A DNA stretch of 64,000 nt from Torpedo marmorata (GCA_977017645.1 OZ360233.1:55552001-55616000); one strand, 5' to 3'. Shown: positions 36,579-49,692, counted from the stretch's first letter. Numbers and translations are program-made. Notes: generated by a model not told the origin, from the letters alone.

Positions 36579-38102
36579 GTATGTTGTCTGGTCCCGCCGC
36601 CTTGTGTGTATTCACCTTGGATAGGGTTCTCCTCACCTTGGCCGCGGCTATGCAGGGGGCCTGTTCAACAGGGGGACACGGAGCTTTCTTTGGCATCATC
36701 CTGTTCTTCTCATCAAACCGTGCATAGAAGATGTTCAGTCTGTCCGGAAGGGAGGTGCGCATATACACTGTATGTAGATATATATTGAATGTACAAGTAC
36801 ACAGAATGTGCACATACACTGTATGTACATGTACACTGTATGTACACAAACTCCAAGACAACGCAGACCCTGGGACTCTATATGATTCCTGCATATTCCC
36901 ACTTAACCTACCTCCTATGTGGAATGATTTGAATTTCAGGCCACAGACAATGGATTCTGACATAGTCTGGGAGAATTCCTACTTATTTTTTACTCATTCC
37001 TGATGATCAACTACAAATCATGACAGATTTCATTGGGATCCCATAATGGTTACGGTGAATCTACCCCCCACTGTGCTGTTAGGCAGGGGTTTCATGCATT
37101 TGAACCAATAGCAATTGAAGAAGACTAATAAAATACCAAGCCAGGAGGTACCTGACATTGAGAGGAAGTTGAGTTGAGGGAGTTTCCATTGTCCAACGAA
37201 CTACTTAAAATCTACTGGACTTTCCAACATGCTACTTGTGTACATACATTGCGGAGTAACTGATATAGATGAAGGCTAGATGTTGCTGTTCGTCCAATGG
37301 AAAATCAAAAAATTATGAGACGGCTACACAATTGTTTACATAATCCACTGAAGAACAATACCAAGATTTCTGGAAATTGAAATAAAACCTAAACAATGTT
37401 AGACGTGATCACCGAATCAGGCTCCATCTGTGGAAAAAGAAATTGCTATAATCTGAAGCATGAACTTTGCTTCCATCTCTATTGATGTTGCATGAAACTG
37501 AATATTTCTCTCGGAATAGTTAGACAGCCTCCATAGGAAGTAAGTGATAAACGCTGGTTGCCCTTTACTTCCTATGGATGCTGCGTGACTTGCTGAGTTT
37601 CGTCGAAATGGGAATAGTGAGATTTATTTTGCTTCTGTAACAACCAACGATTGGCACATGAATGGAAAATCAACAGCCCGTCATCACCAGAAGCATCAGA
37701 TTGGCAAAGGAAGGAAGTGCCTGCAACTTAGGCAGGAAGAGAGTCTCTCTCCAACCACTCCAAGCTGGGTAACTGTGGATTGTCATGGATGCTATGAAAT
37801 GCACCAATTGCAACGGTTGGAACTGAATTTGATCACAGATTTTCCACCATTTCAAACTTCTGATTCATGTAGGTATTGTGAATTAAGAATTGAATATAAT
37901 CATTTTGTCTTTTGAAACAAGATTGACCGAGCTAGGGCTTTTCTCTTTGGATGAGACGAGACTTAATGGAGGTGTATAAAATTATGAGAGGTCTAGATAG
38001 AGTGGACAGCCAGCACCTTTTTTCCTAGGGCAGCAATGGCCAACACCAGTGGGTACCTGTTTATGGTGAGTGGATGAAACTTTAGGGGAGACATCAGAGG
38101 TA

Positions 38103-38578
38103 CCATATATGCTGTTGTATAGGACAGTCCATGAAACAAAAATTTCACCTTAAAATGGGTCGTCCTATACAAAGGGTCTAAAATCTGTACCTTGCCGACA
38201 AAGTCGCAACACCGCCGCCATCTTCCTGCCGGCTCCGACGCAATCTCGCGCATGCCTCGTTAGTTATTTGCGAAGTCTCAGTGCTCCTCCGCGGGGTCCA
38301 TCCTCCAGGTCCTACTGCTGTTGGCTCTGTACAGGCTTTAAACGACCTGTTACAGGAGCCGACAGTGGTTTATTTTAAAATATCCAAATAAAATTTAAAT
38401 CTTTAAATGATAATTTGTTATTAAAATATTGTGATTTGCTTTTAACAGCATCCACTGGTCAGCGATAAGTGCCAGATTTGGGGGTCATCGTATACAAAGG
38501 GTATAACTCAAAACCAAAATTTTAGGTGGAATTCTGGGGTCGTCCTATACAAGTCATCCTATACAATGGTATAAACGG
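38103..38578. mobile_element. Tc1/mariner-superfamily (pogo/Tc2-like) non-autonomous element inside a CR1
   Basis: TA flanks on both sides; imperfect TIRs CCATATATGCTGTTGTATAGGAC / TCCTATACAATGGTATAAACGG; repeated GTCGTCCTATACAA motifs; CR1 resumes on both sides. Confidence 0.75.
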
Positions 38579-41500
38579 TAGGTTATTTTACACAGAGAAT
38601 GATGGGTACCTGGAATGCATTGGTGGTGGTGGTGGTGGAGGCTGGTACAATAGGGATATTTAAAAGAATCTTTGATAGGCAAATGGATGAAAGAAAAATA
38701 GAGGGTTGTGGGTATGTGGTTGGGAAGGATTAGATTGTTGTGGAGTAAGTAGGTTTACATAGGGGCAGCACAGCATCGAGGGCTGAAGGTCGTCTGATCA
38801 TTCTCATTTCCCTTACATATTTTGTCTGTTGGAAATCTGGGAAGAGGCAGTCTCCAATCAAGTGGCATTAACATCAACTTCTCCAATTTCTTTTAACCCC
38901 CTCCCCCGTGTCTCTCTCTTTCCCTATCTCTGTGTCTAATTTCATCCAGCTCCCCACCCCCTCCCCTTTCTTCTCCCATCAGAGAGCTACCCTCGTCCCC
39001 TGTCACCTCAGCTTTTTTCTTCTACCCTCGCACCTGTATCCACCTCTTACCTGTGCCCCTCCCCTCCCTCTTCCTCTTCTTCTTCCTCCTCTCCCCACCT
39101 TTTTTATTCAGACACCTACCTGTTTTTTTTCTTATACCTGACAAAGGGCCAGGCCTGAAATGTTGGTTACCCTTTACTTCCTATGTATGCTGAATTCCCC
39201 CGGCACCGTTGTGTATTGCATTACAAACACAATCTGCCAACAGGTCCACATGTGGGTTAAAATGGCTGCTACTCTACCCATTAGCTATAGTAGAGGATGC
39301 ATTGACGGTGTGAAAATCACTCAGAGAAAGCAGGAAAGCTTCAGACTCTGGTGATAATTTCAAGCCCCAGACCTGGAGGGAGGGGAATCATCCAATTCCT
39401 CCTTTCCACATTCTGGCACTCCCCACCACTCATCACAACAAGTCTCCCCACCACAACCTTCCCTGCTCAATCCTGTATTCTCTCCACACCACACCACATC
39501 CCATGCATTGTCAGGCTGTTGTCTTGTTTCCCCACCGAATTTCATGACAATAAATTCTGATTCTGATTCTGGAAAAAAATGTTAAAGAACACCTACCGGT
39601 AGTTCCCCCAGAACGCCAATATTCTTCAATTTCTCATCATTTAAAAAAATACTCTGCTTTTTATTTGTTTCTATCCAAATCGATGACTTCACATTTTCCA
39701 CATTCCATTCCATCTGTCATGACCTTGCTCATTGACGTATCCTCTCCAAATCACTCCCCCCCCACCCACCCACCCTAAGCCTGTCCAATTCCTCCTCACA
39801 AGACCACACTGCCATCTAATTTTCTATCATCAGCAAATTGGATAGATTTCACATGATGCTCTCATGCAAGTCATTGCAGTACATTGGAAGTAGCTGAGGC
39901 TACAGCAGTAAACCACCAACCTGACAGTGAGCCTTTTATTCCTTCTCAACCTATGCAAAAATGGTATCTCCAATACAATGCTCCAAATTCCTTTAGTGAC
40001 CTTGTGTGTGGCACCTTATCAAAAGCCTTCTGAAACACCAAACACATCATATCCACCACTCCCCTCTTATCCACTCTGCTGATTACAACCTCAAAAGACT
40101 CTCGACACAGTTGTCACACCTGGTTTCCTCTCTCTTCGATGCAACTAATCCTCACGTTAACAGACTTGCGGCCGACAGTCTATTTTTACAGCAAGTAAGA
40201 TTTATTTACTGAGAAAAAGGAACCTTATTGTATAAATGTACAGCAGCCAGCCATCCAGAGTCTATTTCAAACACGTCTCAATGCTGTACAAGAAGTCACT
40301 GGCTGAAGCAAGTTCTCCTGATAAAAAAAGGATGGCGTTTATTATCCATCAAGTTAGAGACAGGTTCAAGACAAAATTAGATCTGCAAAATCAATCACAA
40401 TCACTTCCAGCAGTGTTGTCAGCTGGCGTAATTGAGGGAAAAGTTACCCCATTCTGGCCAGGATACTTATCCATAAAGTATTAACTTAAAGGAAATGCAT
40501 AGATCAAGAAGCATGTAATAAAGGGACAGATGATTTTAACACTTAATAAATTGCTTTCCAAAAGAATGGGACAATACCTACCTTTATATTTGCTGCCTAG
40601 TTGGTGTGGATAAATATTGATTTGGTTGCAAAAATTACTGATTGGCAAGGTAGCAGAGCTAATACTCTCAGGTTCAGAAATTCCAGTGGTCGGGTATGTT
40701 TAGATTCCATCGCCATCAGCTGGCTGAGACAGTGAATAGGGCAATGCCAAGCTGCTGAGTTTGTTTATACTTGTAGCCAAGATTTACATTCTGTTTTAAA
40801 CTTTATTATAGATACGCATGTTTCAACAGCATCAAGTATAAACGGAAGTACAGTACAGCTTTTCAATATCATATTTCATGAAACAAAACTATTTCTGATG
40901 GCATTAATGATAGTTTTATTTTCTGTTTAAAGTTTTATTCTACTCTTTATGACAAAGCAATAAATAGGCAGAGTGAACTGAGAAGCATGGGGGTTTTACA
41001 TGGGGGGTTCCCGGGGCATTTTCTGTAGTTCCAGAGGTGCAGGAGTAGAGAGTGTCAACCTCTATCGAAATGAAACTCATTTGGGAATGAACCACTTCAA
41101 AAGGTTTGAAGCCATATTTCCGAATCACCTCGCAGTTGGACCATCTGAACAGCAACTATGGTGTAAGGCGATTGGCTGGCACTGTGAGCTCAACAGGTTA
41201 ACGATCAAGTGAAGAGTTCGAGAGCTGTGAGGTAATATTGCAACTATAAAATTCAGCCTAGGCCACACTTGGACTATTGCGTTCAGTGCTGGTTGCCTCA
41301 TTATAGGAAGGACGTAGAAGCTTTGGAGAGGGTGCAGAGGAGAGTTATCAGGATGTTGCCTGGATTGGAGAAGGTGCTTTCTGAAGCACAAGTGGGAGAG
41401 CTAGGGCTTTTCTCTTTGGAACGAGAAGGATGAGAGGTGACTCAATAGAGGTATGTAAGATCATGAAGGGCTTAGACAGGGTGAACAGACAGCACCTTTT

Positions 41501-41743
41501 TCCTGGGGGCGACAATTGCAAATACCAGAGGACATCTGATTCACGTGAGTGGAGGAAAGTTTAGGGGAGATGTCAGAGGTAAGGTTCGACACAGAGAGTG
41601 GTGGAGGCCTGGAATGCATTGCCAGGAGTGATGGTGGAGGCTGGTACAATAGGACATTCAAAAGACTCTTGGATAAGCACATGGATGTAAGAAAAATAGA
41701 GGGTTATGGGTGTGAGGGAGGGAAGGAGTAGGTTCACATAGTG

Positions 41744-42248
41744 TGTTAAAGTCGACCCGCGCTGCAATAAAACAACAGCAGAACCAATGAGCGTACAACC
41801 AACTTTATTGTATTACGCTAGCGGGAGTAAGGGGTACAAAGAATGAGTAGACAGTGTCACTCGTTCCCTGCACTGAGCCTTACTCAACTCATACAGCGTT
41901 TTAGTTAATCTTATATAGTCCTTTAGATGGAGCTTTACATGTTTCTTGAAGCTGGTTCTTCTTTATCTTGCAGCTGGTTATTCTTGTTTTTGTAACATCT
42001 TGACCTTGTCTTGCAGCTTTTTCAACTTTAGATACGCTAATCTTGCTTAGGCCTTATCAAGCTATCTTTGTCAGGTCATGCCATGGTCTTGTGGCTTTGT
42101 TTTCAGTCATGTCATGCGCCCTGGTATTTGTGAAACCTTGCTCATATATTTCTTAATCGTGGTTCTTCATCTGCAAGACTAGCAAATCTCCATTAGCGTA
42201 CACCCAACAACAGAAGCCCCTTCCCTTAATGCATTATATTCTTTCACA
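41744..42248 (-). mobile_element. Solo LTR (ERV class I or Gypsy) inserted in a CR1 3' end
   Basis: TGTTAAAG...CTTTCACA ends; 4-bp TSD AGTG; TATA-like ctatataag and AATAAA on the minus strand. Confidence 0.8.
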
Positions 42249-42878
42249 AGTGAGCACAACATCGTGAGCTGAAGGGTCTGTTCTGTGCTGTAATGTTCTC
42301 CGTTCTGTTTTTAAAACTGAGGAAATCTGGAAAGCAGAACTCAGCGAGGTCCTAATGAGCCCGAGAACTCAGTTCAATCATAACCCCTGTGTATTACCTA
42401 GGAGTTTGAGCAGTCATTTAAAGCATTCACCATAGTTACAGTGCATGTTGTGCCAAAGTTAAGACAGGAGGAGTTCAGCTTGTCAGATCCAAACATCTCT
42501 CATCTTGACATCCAATTACAGTTTGAGAGTCGTGCCTGATGACCGTTGGCCGCTACAACATAGACCTTTGCACTAACAGATCTTCAACTCAGAGACCTCC
42601 AGTGAGAATTGCCCTCCAACATTACCAGGGCATTAGAGCTACAGGCAGGGATGTTTGTCCCCTGTTACCTCACTTTAGATCACCTTTCCTTGCATTTGAA
42701 CAATCAACACGAAGACAAAGAAAATATTCAAAGTAAGATATTGCCCTCAAAAGAAATAAAAGCAGTTCAGAAGAACCAAACTAACTAAACACAGAAGGTC
42801 TTGGAAATACATGGATCTGTGGAGGGAGTCACAGAGCTAACCTTTGGGTAATTGTCCTATAATCATAAGACCATAAGA

Positions 42879-43422
42879 ATCAGAATTTATTGTCATGAAC
42901 AAGTCATGAAATTCGGTGTTTTGCGGCAGCATCATAGTGCAACATTCATATTATAACCATCTTATGACATTACGATATAAAAAAATATATATAAATAATA
43001 GTGCACGAAGAGCAAGGCAGTGTCTTTGGTTCATTGATTATTTAGGAATCTGATGGCAGCGGGGAAGAAGCTGTCCTTGTGCCGTTGAGTGCTCAACTTT
43101 AGGCTCCTATACCTTTTTCCTGATGGTAGCAGAGTGAAGAGGGCATGGCCTGGGTGGTGGGGGTCTTTGAGGAAAGAGGCTGCTTTTTTAAGACACCGCC
43201 TCGTGTAAATGTCCTCGATGGAGTGAAGTCTGGTGCCTGTGATGTCACAGGCCGAGTAAACAACCCTCTGGAGTTTATTCTTGTCCTGAGAGTTGGCGCC
43301 TCCATACCAGGCAGTGATGCAACCAGCCAGAATGCTCTTCACGGTACACCTGTAGAAGTTTACGAGAGTCTTCGGTGACATACCGAATCTCCTCAGACAC
43401 CTCACAAAGTATAGCCGCTGGC
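42879..43422 (-). mobile_element. Rex1/Babar LINE 3' fragment, same family as 19607-20843
   Basis: ORF 43031-43435 nearly identical to the 19609 copy; 10-bp TSD GACCATAAGA (42869-42878, 43423-43432) in a CR1 tail. Confidence 0.88.
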
Positions 43423-45297
43423 GACCATAAGACATAGGAGAAGAAATAGGCTACTCAGCTCATTGAGTCTGCCCCATCATTTAATCATGAGCTGATCCAT
43501 TTTCCTACTCAATCCCACTGCCTGGCCTTCTCCCCATAACCTTTGATGCCCTGGATAATCAAGAACCTATCAATCTCTGACTTAAATACACCCAATGACT
43601 TGGCTTCCACAACCGCCTGTGACAACAAATTCCACAGATTTACTACCCTCTGGCTAAAGAAAATCCTCCGCATCTCTGTTCATCATCCACCTGAAATGTT
43701 AACTCCATTTTTCTGTCTGCAGACTGTGCCTGACGCTTTGAGAGTTTCCAACATTTTCTGATTTTATTTCCAATTTCCAGCACTTCCAAACAAAAGAAGG
43801 GAAGTTAATTCTCAGGATTTCAGATAAAGTTGCCAAGTCTGCCTTGGTGTCTTCATTATATGAAGCCCTATTTCCAATTCCCATACCTGATTGACCAGGC
43901 AGAAGTGCTCAAGTAAAAGAGAATGTACTTTTTCAATACCCTAACCATCATTTTTCTGAGCTGCCCATACAACTCACAATGCGTTTAATCTTTAATTTCT
44001 GGCATTTCAGAGGATTAGCAACCTAACTGGGCCTCTCCTGCTTCTCAGCGTAAGCACCATTCCCAACCAATGTGAACGATTAGCATAGCAGTTAGCGCAA
44101 CGTAATTACAGCACCAGCGACTCGGGATCGAATCCACCGCTGTCTGTAAGGAGTTTGTTTTGCTCCATGATCTGTGACATAAACTTTGAGAATGGCCAGG
44201 AAAGTAAGAATTCAGCTCAATAAAGGCAATTGTGGTGGTGCGTTCATTGGGAAGAGTAAACAGGACAAGTGACCTTTGGAAAATCAGGATGTAAATTTTA
44301 AATTAAATGTACAAACTCCTTGCAGACAGCGCGGGATTCGAACCCAGGTCCCGATCGCTGGCACTGTAAAGCGTTGCGCTAACCGCTACGCCAACTGTGC
44401 CACAGTAAATGTTAAACTGGAGCAAAATGACCTGGGACACAAACTTACAAATTATTAAATTTAGAGATGCAAATTAATAAAATTTATTTCTAGGCTGATT
44501 AGCAGGACAAGCAGAGATTTTATATTACACGCATCAAATTTTGGTTAGACCACACCGGGTTTTGGGAACAGTTCTGGGAGAAGGTGGAAAATAGATTTAC
44601 AAGGATGAATTGATTGGGTATAAGCTTCCTGAAAGACCGGTCAAAGGGTTATCTGCTCTGGAGAATAAAAATCTGAGATCCGACCAAAAGAAGGACTTAA
44701 TAAATAGATTAAAAAACAATGTAGGTTTCGGGAAGGTGATCCCACATGTTAGAGAATTTAAACCCAGGGGACGCAAGTCGGGAAGAGGAAGATGAAGGGG
44801 AAAAGATGCTTTGAAAGAGTAAGTCTGAAAGACTTGAGTGAGAGGATTGGTGGGGGGGGGTGTATTGTGGAGATGCAATAGGTGGGATAACGACAGAAAT
44901 GGAGAATAATTCTGACATGGTCTGTTTCTGTTCCTGTGTGATACCATCCCAGGTAATGGTAAAATTTCCGTAAGAATTTCCAAGGACCCGTCCATTGCTC
45001 CTCCAAGCTGTGATGTAGAATTGCAAAGCCCTTGTTTCTGGACCACTCTCAAAAAGTTACAGGCAGCAGCAGGCCAGGAGTCTGATTAGAGTACAGTTCC
45101 ACGCAGAGGTGTGAGGGAGAGGATCGAAGGTGATGTGGATGCACCGGACCGGTAGCACCAATGCAGGGCTCACCCAGATGGAGCCGCTTGAAAGCCGCCC
45201 CATACATAGCAGCAGGAACAAGAGTCCAAGTCTTCAGAAGAGCAGATCCCGTGTTGGCAGAGGAGGCCTTTCCCTCTCTGGGAGGGGAGGTATTGGC

Positions 45298-45369
45298 TCA
45301 CTCGCCGTATGACTTGCCGTTGTTACTTATGTGGCAGTAGAGCGTAATGGCGAATGACATGCCGAGTAT
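45298..45369 (-). CDS. CD53: CD53-like tetraspanin last coding exon: ILGMSFAITLYCHISNNGKSYGE*
   Basis: ttctctgccctcAG acceptor; LGMSFA motif typical of the CD53/TSPAN4/TSPAN9 group; TGA at 45300-45298. Confidence 0.9.
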   Translation of the reverse strand: MLGMSFAITLYCHISNNGKSYGE

Positions 45370-45524
45370 CTGAGGGCAGAGAAGCAAGAACATCAGAGTA
45401 CATCACCCTATGGTCGTGGCAGGAAGGATCGGTCCCACCCACCTTCAGAGCACTGCCATTTTAGACATCAACCGGTTCACCGTCGACAGGGACAGCCCTT
45501 TGTTCGTCCGCCACTCATAGGAAA

Positions 45525-45800
45525 ACAGTGACAGGAGTCGCCATTCAGCCCATTGAACTGGTCTATCAACTACAGGAACAGGCCGTTCAGCCCATTGAAC
45601 TGGTCTATCAACTACAGGAACAGAACGACAGGAACAGGCCATTCAGCCTAATCAACTGGGCTATAAACTACAGGAACAGAACAACAGGAGTGGCCTTTCA
45701 TCCCATTGAACTGGTGAAAACTACAGGAACAAGCCATTCAGCCCATTGAACTGGTCTATATAATCACAAGAATTGAACACCAGCAGTAGACCGTTCAGCT
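45525..45800. repeat. ~42-50-bp tandem repeat (CAGGAACAGGCCATTCAGCCCATTGAACTGGTCTATCAACTA-like) in the last CD53 intron
   Basis: About 6 diverged units; resembles an inverted CR1 3' end. Confidence 0.8.
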
Positions 45801-46426
45801 CCTCAGGAACGGAGTAGGCAAGCTGGGCCTTTCAGGCAATTGCAGCCAATCAAGTCAAGGGAGCAGACGCTGGTCTTGACTGATCTGCCCTTCATTTGGA
45901 TTTCAGCTGATGCATGCACATCTGGTTGGATCAATTGCATTTGCTGCCAATTCCTCAATAATAACAAAAATCGAACACTCATGTTTAAGAACTCCAGTTG
46001 TTGTGCAGGATGCCTGCCCTTCACTTTGGGGAAAGGAGGGTGAGATGGGTACGAGAAGGTGAGGGATGGTGGGACTGGGAGTTGCAGAAGCCTCATGGAT
46101 TACCCATACGTTTTGCAAGTAAAGCGTTTTCTGATCTAACTTAAGCCAGAGAGGTTAAGCCGCAGGAAGTTGTTGAGTTCCTTTCATGACACAAATTCAA
46201 AATGGAGTTGGATGTGGACCTTGTGGCTCAAGGGATCAATGGTGGATGGAGAGAAAACGGGAATAGGGCACTGAAGTCACGTGATCAGCCATGATCCAAT
46301 TGAATGATAGTGCAGGCTTGAGAGGCTGAATGGCCTTCTCCTGCACCCATTTTCTCTGATTCAATGAACATGAAATTGTAACAATTACTTCCAGTAATCT
46401 ACGTCAGCTCCACATAAAGTATTTAC

Positions 46427-46510
46427 CTGGATTACGGATGTGCAGATGATGGTGATCCCAATAGTTAGAAAGTTTGATTCAAACCAGTCCTGGATCAGGC
46501 CATAGCAACC
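46427..46510 (-). CDS. CD53: CD53-like tetraspanin exon: GCYGLIQDWFESNFLTIGITIICTSVIQ
   Basis: GC motif plus start of TM4; close to human CD53 GCYAKARLWFHSNFLYIGIITICVCVIE as I recall it; AG/GT boundaries; 84 nt. Confidence 0.9.
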
Positions 46511-47285
46511 CTGTGAATCAGAGGGCAAGGAACTCAGAGCCAGTTTCTCAGCAAAGCAATGAAAATGTGAGACTAACCACAGAGCCCAAAACACACAGGA
46601 ACTTTTACCCATGATAAAGCTACTTAGAACATAGATCATAACAGCACAGTGCAGGCCCTTCAGCCCACGGTGTTGTGCCGACCTGTGGAAACCTACTCCA
46701 CAGCAATCTAATCTTTCCCTACCTCACACCCATAACCCTTTATTTTTCTTACATCCATGTTCCTATCTAAGAGTCTTTTAAATGTCCCTCCACCATCACC
46801 CCCGGCAATGCATTCCAGACACCCACCACTCTCTGTGTAAAAAACATTACCTCTGACGTCTCCCCTAAACTTTCCTCCACTCACCTTAAACAGATGTCTT
46901 CTGGTACTTGCTATTGACACCCTGGGAAATTCTACATTATTTTGTCAGCAATAATTAATAATGATTATTACTGACAAATGTTGAATAATCAAGATAGTTT
47001 AATTATGCATGGGCTCTTGGGCCTGTTTCCGTGCTGTATCTCCATAGCGTCACATTTAAAAAAAACAAAATTGAGAACAAATGCAATAGTGACTTTTATT
47101 ACAGGCCCCCAATTTCACTTCAGGGTGAAATCCATCTTCAACTCTTCACACGTACAATCCAGATCCTGATTTCTGAAGGATTGAGAAGTGTTTTGAAAGT
47201 ATCGCTCAGACAACATGGATTATTTTTTTCCCCCAGAGGAGGTGATGCTGTTGCAGAACCAGAACAATTTGCTTGTTCATCTCAC

Positions 47286-47390
47286 CTTTGTCCAGTAGTC
47301 TTTGGGGTTGCAGTGACTACTTTCTCGACAACAGGATTGGGGGACCTCATCTCTCCAGTCTGTGTAGTTCAAAACGCCACAGCAGTGCAA
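47286..47390 (-). CDS. CD53: CD53-like tetraspanin exon: LHCCGVLNYTDWRDEVPQSCCRESSHCNPKDYWTK
   Basis: Tetraspanin CCG and PxSCC motifs; tttcctctcAG acceptor and GTgaga donor; 105 nt, phase 0-0. Confidence 0.92.
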
Positions 47391-47956
47391 CTGAGAGGAA
47401 ACAGAGAGACAACCCTCATGCATAAACTGCATAGTTAATTTATCACATTTTCCTGTGCCCTCTGCTCACTAATTGAAGCTGCTATTTGTATTCATTCTTG
47501 CTTTCAACTGAAGTTGGTGTTTATTCCCCAACAATAATTACAATCTCTGCTTGAACATACTCCTAGAAAGTTTTGATAAGTGCTGCTCAGTACCCCATCC
47601 TTGTGGTTTATCACCTTCATGACCACCTTCATGAAATCCAACAGCCAATGGGATCGCCAAGGGCAATCCTGCTGGATTATTGGTTTGAGAAGGTTTTGCT
47701 GGATCTTTGTGAAAGTTTGGTAAGACAGAGGGACTTGGTCAGGCAGCTTTGAACCTATGGTTCAGAGTCATGTTGAGTCATTTATAGGCCAAAATGGATA
47801 AAGATCAGACACGTCTCTCCATAAAGGGCAGCAATGAATCATCAACAAGATGTAAATCACGAAAATCTGTAGACACCGTGGTTGAAGTAAAAAACACAAA
47901 TGCTGGAGAAACTCAGCAGGTCAAACAGTATCTTTTATGTAGCAAAAGTAGAAATA

Positions 47957-47997
47957 CATAACCGACGTTTCGGGCTTGAGCCCTTCATCAAATTATG
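47957..47997 (-). ncRNA. Minimal hammerhead ribozyme motif (inverted arm copy)
   Basis: Reverse complement of the 48342 motif with an identical core. Confidence 0.62.
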
Positions 47998-48341
47998 AGA
48001 AAATGCCGGCAGGCATTTGAATTGCTGTGTGGGTACCTGAGGTCCTTGCGGGGGCCAAACTGCGAGGCCTGGAATCGAAGCTGGAAACCACGAGGCACAA
48101 GATGGCGATGGAGGCAAGTAGCAAGGAAGGCAATGTGGCTGTGGAATCGAGTCTGGGTGAGTACATGGTCGTAGAGCTTGAGAGCAGCAGGGGTTGCAGA
48201 TGGGGAGCAGTGAGAGAGAATTCCACAGAACTCCCTTCGGAGAGCAAAGGCGAACTTCTTCAGGGTATTTTGCTGTGTAGATACCTGAGGTCCTTGCGGG
48301 GGCCAAACTGCGAGTTTTCGGACGCCTTGCCGGCATTTTCT

Positions 48342-48382
48342 CATACTTTGATGAAGGGCTCAAGCCCGAAACGTCGGTTATG
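48342..48382 (+). ncRNA. Minimal type I hammerhead ribozyme motif in a Penelope pseudo-LTR
   Basis: CAUACU-UUGAUGA-A-GGGCU CA AGCCC-GAAAC-GUC-GGUUAUG: core, stem II, loopless palindromic stem III and stem I are all present. Confidence 0.65.
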
Positions 48383-49692
48383 TATTTATACCTTTGCTAC
48401 ATAAAAGACACTGTTTGACCTGCTGAGTTTCTCCAGCATTTGTGTTTTTTTATCATCATCAAGATTCCTAAAGAAGGGCTCAGGCCTGAAATGTCGACTG
48501 CCTTTTACTTCCTTTGGATGCTGCGTGACCTGCTGAGTTTCTCCAGCACTTTTGTGCGTTACAATGAATCATCCGGCTGTTTGTGAGAATCTGACAGTTT
48601 TGTGGATTTACTTTCTGCTGACGTCACGGCTTTGAGTAATAAGATTGACATTTCTTTCGCATCATCACTGATTTGGGGCATAGTGTCATTTCAATAATGG
48701 GGGGAAGTTTCTCACTTCTGTGCTGTAGGTTCAGGGAAAATCCCTGGGGAATTTACATCACTAATCGACATTAAGTTTGGATCCTTGTGGTTTGGCAGTC
48801 CGATTTTAAGGGGACTGTTGATTCAGAATAGAATTACTAATACATGATAAAACAGCTTTTTCTCTGAATTCCAAAAGAATTCTGTCGAGTAAAAACATGC
48901 TTAGCTATGACAGCGCCAGCGACCTTGATTTGAATCCAGTGCTGTCTCTAAGGAGTTTGTATGTTCTCCCCGTGATCGAGTGGGTTTCTTCCGGGTGCTC
49001 CAGTTTCCTTACACCCTCCAAAAAATGTACGGGGTTTGTAGATTAATTGGTGTATTGGGGTGGCATGGGCCTGTGGGCCAGAGGGGCCTGTTACTGTGCT
49101 GTATCTCTCAAAATTAAAAAAACACAAATGAAAGAAAAAGAGATTTTCTTTATAAACAGCAAGCTTTCTCTCCCGTGGACTTTACAGCAGTATCCAAGAG
49201 GTGGGTTTTCCCCAGGTGCTCCGGTTTCCTCCCACCCTCCAAAACGTATGGGTTTGTAGGTTAATTTGGGTGTAGTTGGGTTTAAATGGCCGGAATCGGC
49301 TTCCACCATGCTGCAAATAAAATTGAAGTTAAATTAGTTAACAATTCCTGAGGCTTCCTTCAGAGTGAGCAACACTGGCTCTGATCACGTGACATTTTGC
49401 AGGGATTTTATGGGGACCTCTGTCTGTACCAATGGTCAAGTGGCCAAACCCCAAGGATCCAGCCAGCTGAAAGGAGCAGGTGGGCACTTCCAGTGATGCA
49501 CACCAAAGTTAAGTCTCTGATCAAAACCAACCACTTTAGATTGTTCAGATACATTGAGGGGGTTACATCTGGATGTTGCAGGAAGACCTTGGAACCAAGC
49601 AGATGTACTGTGAAGAGCTAGTGTCATTTGCAGATCAAAATTGCATGATTTCCTCTCATAGATTAAGTCTCTGGGCTTATCATGTTTGAGGT

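Larger units (their letters stand above)
30442..36757 (-). mobile_element. Rex1/Babar LINE hosting the full-length Gypsy (segments ~30442-31956 and ~36584-36757)
   Basis: LDPFQF, DFSSAFN, GAPQ motifs; (CTTGA)n tail; KAAGPDNI remnant on the far side of the Gypsy; flanked on both sides by TACACTGTATG-type simple repeat. Confidence 0.88.
47852..48451. mobile_element. Penelope-derived fold-back element: inverted ~125-bp pseudo-LTR arms around a Penelope ORF N-terminal fragment
   Basis: Arms ~47889-48011 and ~48328-48451 are reverse complements; TSD ATCATCAACAAGAT / ATCATCATCAAGAT (13/14). Confidence 0.82.

Noticed and set aside
44597-45052. 151-aa ORF downstream of CD53
   Set aside because: It overlaps a heavily decayed plus-strand CR1 remnant; no domain features.
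45525-45800. Possible repeat-spacer array
   Set aside because: Diverged tandem amplification resembling a CR1 3' end; no unique spacers.
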